Shown here: one piece after another, positions 61,870-64,000 of the stretch
How positions within the stretch are numbered: the first letter of the stretch is position 1
Layout of the letters: the number at the start of each line of letters is the position of its first letter
From: Camelus ferus
Taxonomy: Eukaryota
NCBI RefSeq assembly: GCF_009834535.1
Contig: NC_045696.1
Coordinates: 34,970,001-35,034,000, forward strand
Direction of reading: 5' to 3'
DNA: 64,000 nucleotides
Translations under genes and position numbers: made by a program
The notes under the pieces: generated by a model
The model's database searches: none
What the model was told of the DNA's origin: nothing
Seen by the model: only the letters and a program-made list of their open reading frames with translations

Positions 61870-64000
61870 GTAAGCTTACAATTTATGACAAATGTTTATC
61901 ATGTGCTTTTCAACTTAAAGGAAAAGGAAAAAAAAAAGAAAAGAAAACCTAAATATGTCCAGATTGCCAAATGCTTTTTCTTTACACAAACAAATGTATC
62001 CAGAGACAAAGAAATACTTGATATTCATGAAAGCTTTTTTTTTTCTAACTTCTGTTCAATGAGTAGAATATAAGTACACTGGAAATTCTCAAAACTTCTA
62101 TTAGTGGCAAAGGAAGAAACAGTGTGAACTTAAGTTTCTTTGACTTTCCCTCAAAAAACGTATGAAACAAGATCCTAAAACATTCTTCAAGTAGAGGTTC
62201 ATTTAAAAATTCTTTCGCGAAAGAGATGGGGGGAAAGGATAACATGAACGTTAGCTCTTAAAAAAACAGTGAATATTTGATATAGCTAGTTATTTTCTTC
62301 TAGAAAATTTAGTCATGAGCAGCAGGGAAAGAATAGGACATAAATAACCAAAGCCTAAGAGCTAACGTTCCCTGATCTTCAGAATATTTAATTCAGTGAA
62401 GGTGAAACTGCCATGAAATTACCTTATAAAGTTTACATATATTTATACAAATCAATATTTTCATATTTACTTTCATATTTGTAGTGTGTATATTCCATTC
62501 ATTTACAAATGCATGTATTTTAATATTAAACATAACTACAACTGCAGCAGGGTAGTTAGGCAAGAAGTCATATCTGTTTAGGCTAACGTGGAAATTGGTA
62601 ACATGTCTTTTCCCAAATAATTAGTAAAAAGCATTGATTTCTGCAAACACTCATTCACTTGGGAGGATGACTTACACCACAGCCATAATACCAGTTTTCA
62701 CTACAGGGGTGTATTGAGGGAGGAACTTGTGATCACAGCATGGTGAAAGTAAGGGATACATTTTTCACCATAAAGGGAGGGGGAAAAAAATGACCAGAGC
62801 TGGGAGCCAGACTTGGTAGAGTCTGAAAGTAAAAATGGAATGGGGTGTTTGCTGCAGCCTGATAATAAGTACTTGAACTTAAGAGACTTCAAATCCCTGG
62901 TGGTAGGCTTGTCACATAAAAGCAGCAGCTCACTTGACACAGTTTATTTCATTTTTTACTGTAATTTTTTGCCTTTTCTTCTGTTCTTTTAAGGGAAGAG
63001 GATGCAGTGGTAGAGGTGGTCTGGGAACAGTACTCCCAGTACAGGCTTATAAGACATTTATTTATCTTGCCAGAAGAAAGAGAACCCTAGTTATTTCACA
63101 TCTGGATACTCTCACTTTAAAAAGAATCATTTGATACTAAATCATGAAATTTTTTAGAGTTGGAAGTAAATATAGAAGCTTATTGTCTTGCTTTAATTTC
63201 AATTTCTCAAATTTGACTTCTGTTAAATAAATGAGCTATAGAATCAACATTTTCTGGCAGTGTAGTTACGGTTGGTATTATGCACACTATGCCATGATAA
63301 GAATGACAACAATACATCAAATATTCTGCTCCAGTCCTTAAATGTTATGTAATACAAAGCAGTACTTCCTAAAATGACAAAAATTTCAATTATCAAATTT
63401 ATAATTATACAACTAATTTGTGAATTTTAAAACTAAAACACACCTTGATAAAAAAGATTATAGTGACTCTTAGATTTGTACTAATTTCTATTTTCTTGGA
63501 AGTATAGCATCAAAGTAGTATATGGGCTTCTTTTTTTCAGATTTTGGAAACACTTTGAATTTAAATTTCCACTGGCCATTCAGGGGGAAAGCGTCGGTCT
63601 CCATGAAAAGAGTGTGTTCATCCTCCGCCTGCCAAGGCGGTAGTTGTGAAGCTGCACTCCTTTTGAAACAAAGCTGTGCCTCTGACACCTTGCAGGGAAG
63701 GGAGCTAGACTTACAGCAGCTAATTCAATTAGGCAGAATGTTTTGGCAAAGCAAAGGCTGTGTGATTTGATGAAGGTTGCTTATGAAGTTGATGAAGAAC
63801 ACCTCACTAAATAATTTTCATGAAAATGATGTAGAACTGGGCAATATTTAAATTGTTAATTTGTGCTCATTAATTACACTCAAAACGTCTCTCCACCACC
63901 TATCCAGTGTTCCTTCCAGTGTGCATGCTCATTGATAAAATGGAAGAAAGCAAATAGAACAAAATGTGGAAGGCTTAATGGAGTAGAAATTCACTGAATT

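Noticed and set aside
62740..62771. Hairpin atggtgaaa...tttcaccat
   Set aside because: A 9-10 bp stem is too short for a pre-miRNA and is expected by chance in 64 kb.
1..64000. CRISPR arrays, rRNA/tRNA genes, prokaryotic defence or mobile systems
   Set aside because: No regularly spaced repeats, structural RNA signatures or gene-dense organisation; the sequence is mammalian non-coding DNA.

Overview
This is an AT-rich mammalian (eutherian) non-coding window, intergenic or deep-intronic. It is not prokaryotic: there are no operons, CRISPR arrays or rRNA/tRNA genes. I cannot support any intact protein-coding gene; the only recognisable peptides in the ORF track are decayed LINE-1 ORF2 fragments. 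A large part of the window is interspersed repeats. Ancient families include MIR, L2, CR1/L3, L1M/HAL1, MaLR/ERVL LTRs, and hAT/Tigger MERs. There are also several younger artiodactyl-type L1 3' ends. These, together with the absence of recognisable Alu, Bov-tA/BovB, PRE-1, CHR or SINEC elements, suggest a camelid genome (inference). The best-supported observations are: (1) a 117-bp perfect-identity tract between two otherwise diverged, inverted L1 copies ~6 kb apart, which looks like gene conversion without inversion; (2) a twin-primed, 5'-inverted L1 with a 14-bp TSD; (3) a ~2.5-kb unassigned island splitting a collinear L1ME; (4) several nested insertions; (5) two CpG/GC-enriched patches in old repeats; and (6) a few candidate exons and enhancer-like blocks. 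I found no convincing new biological system. Repeat family names come from recalled consensus sequences, not a database search, and boundaries are approximate unless a TSD or terminus is quoted.
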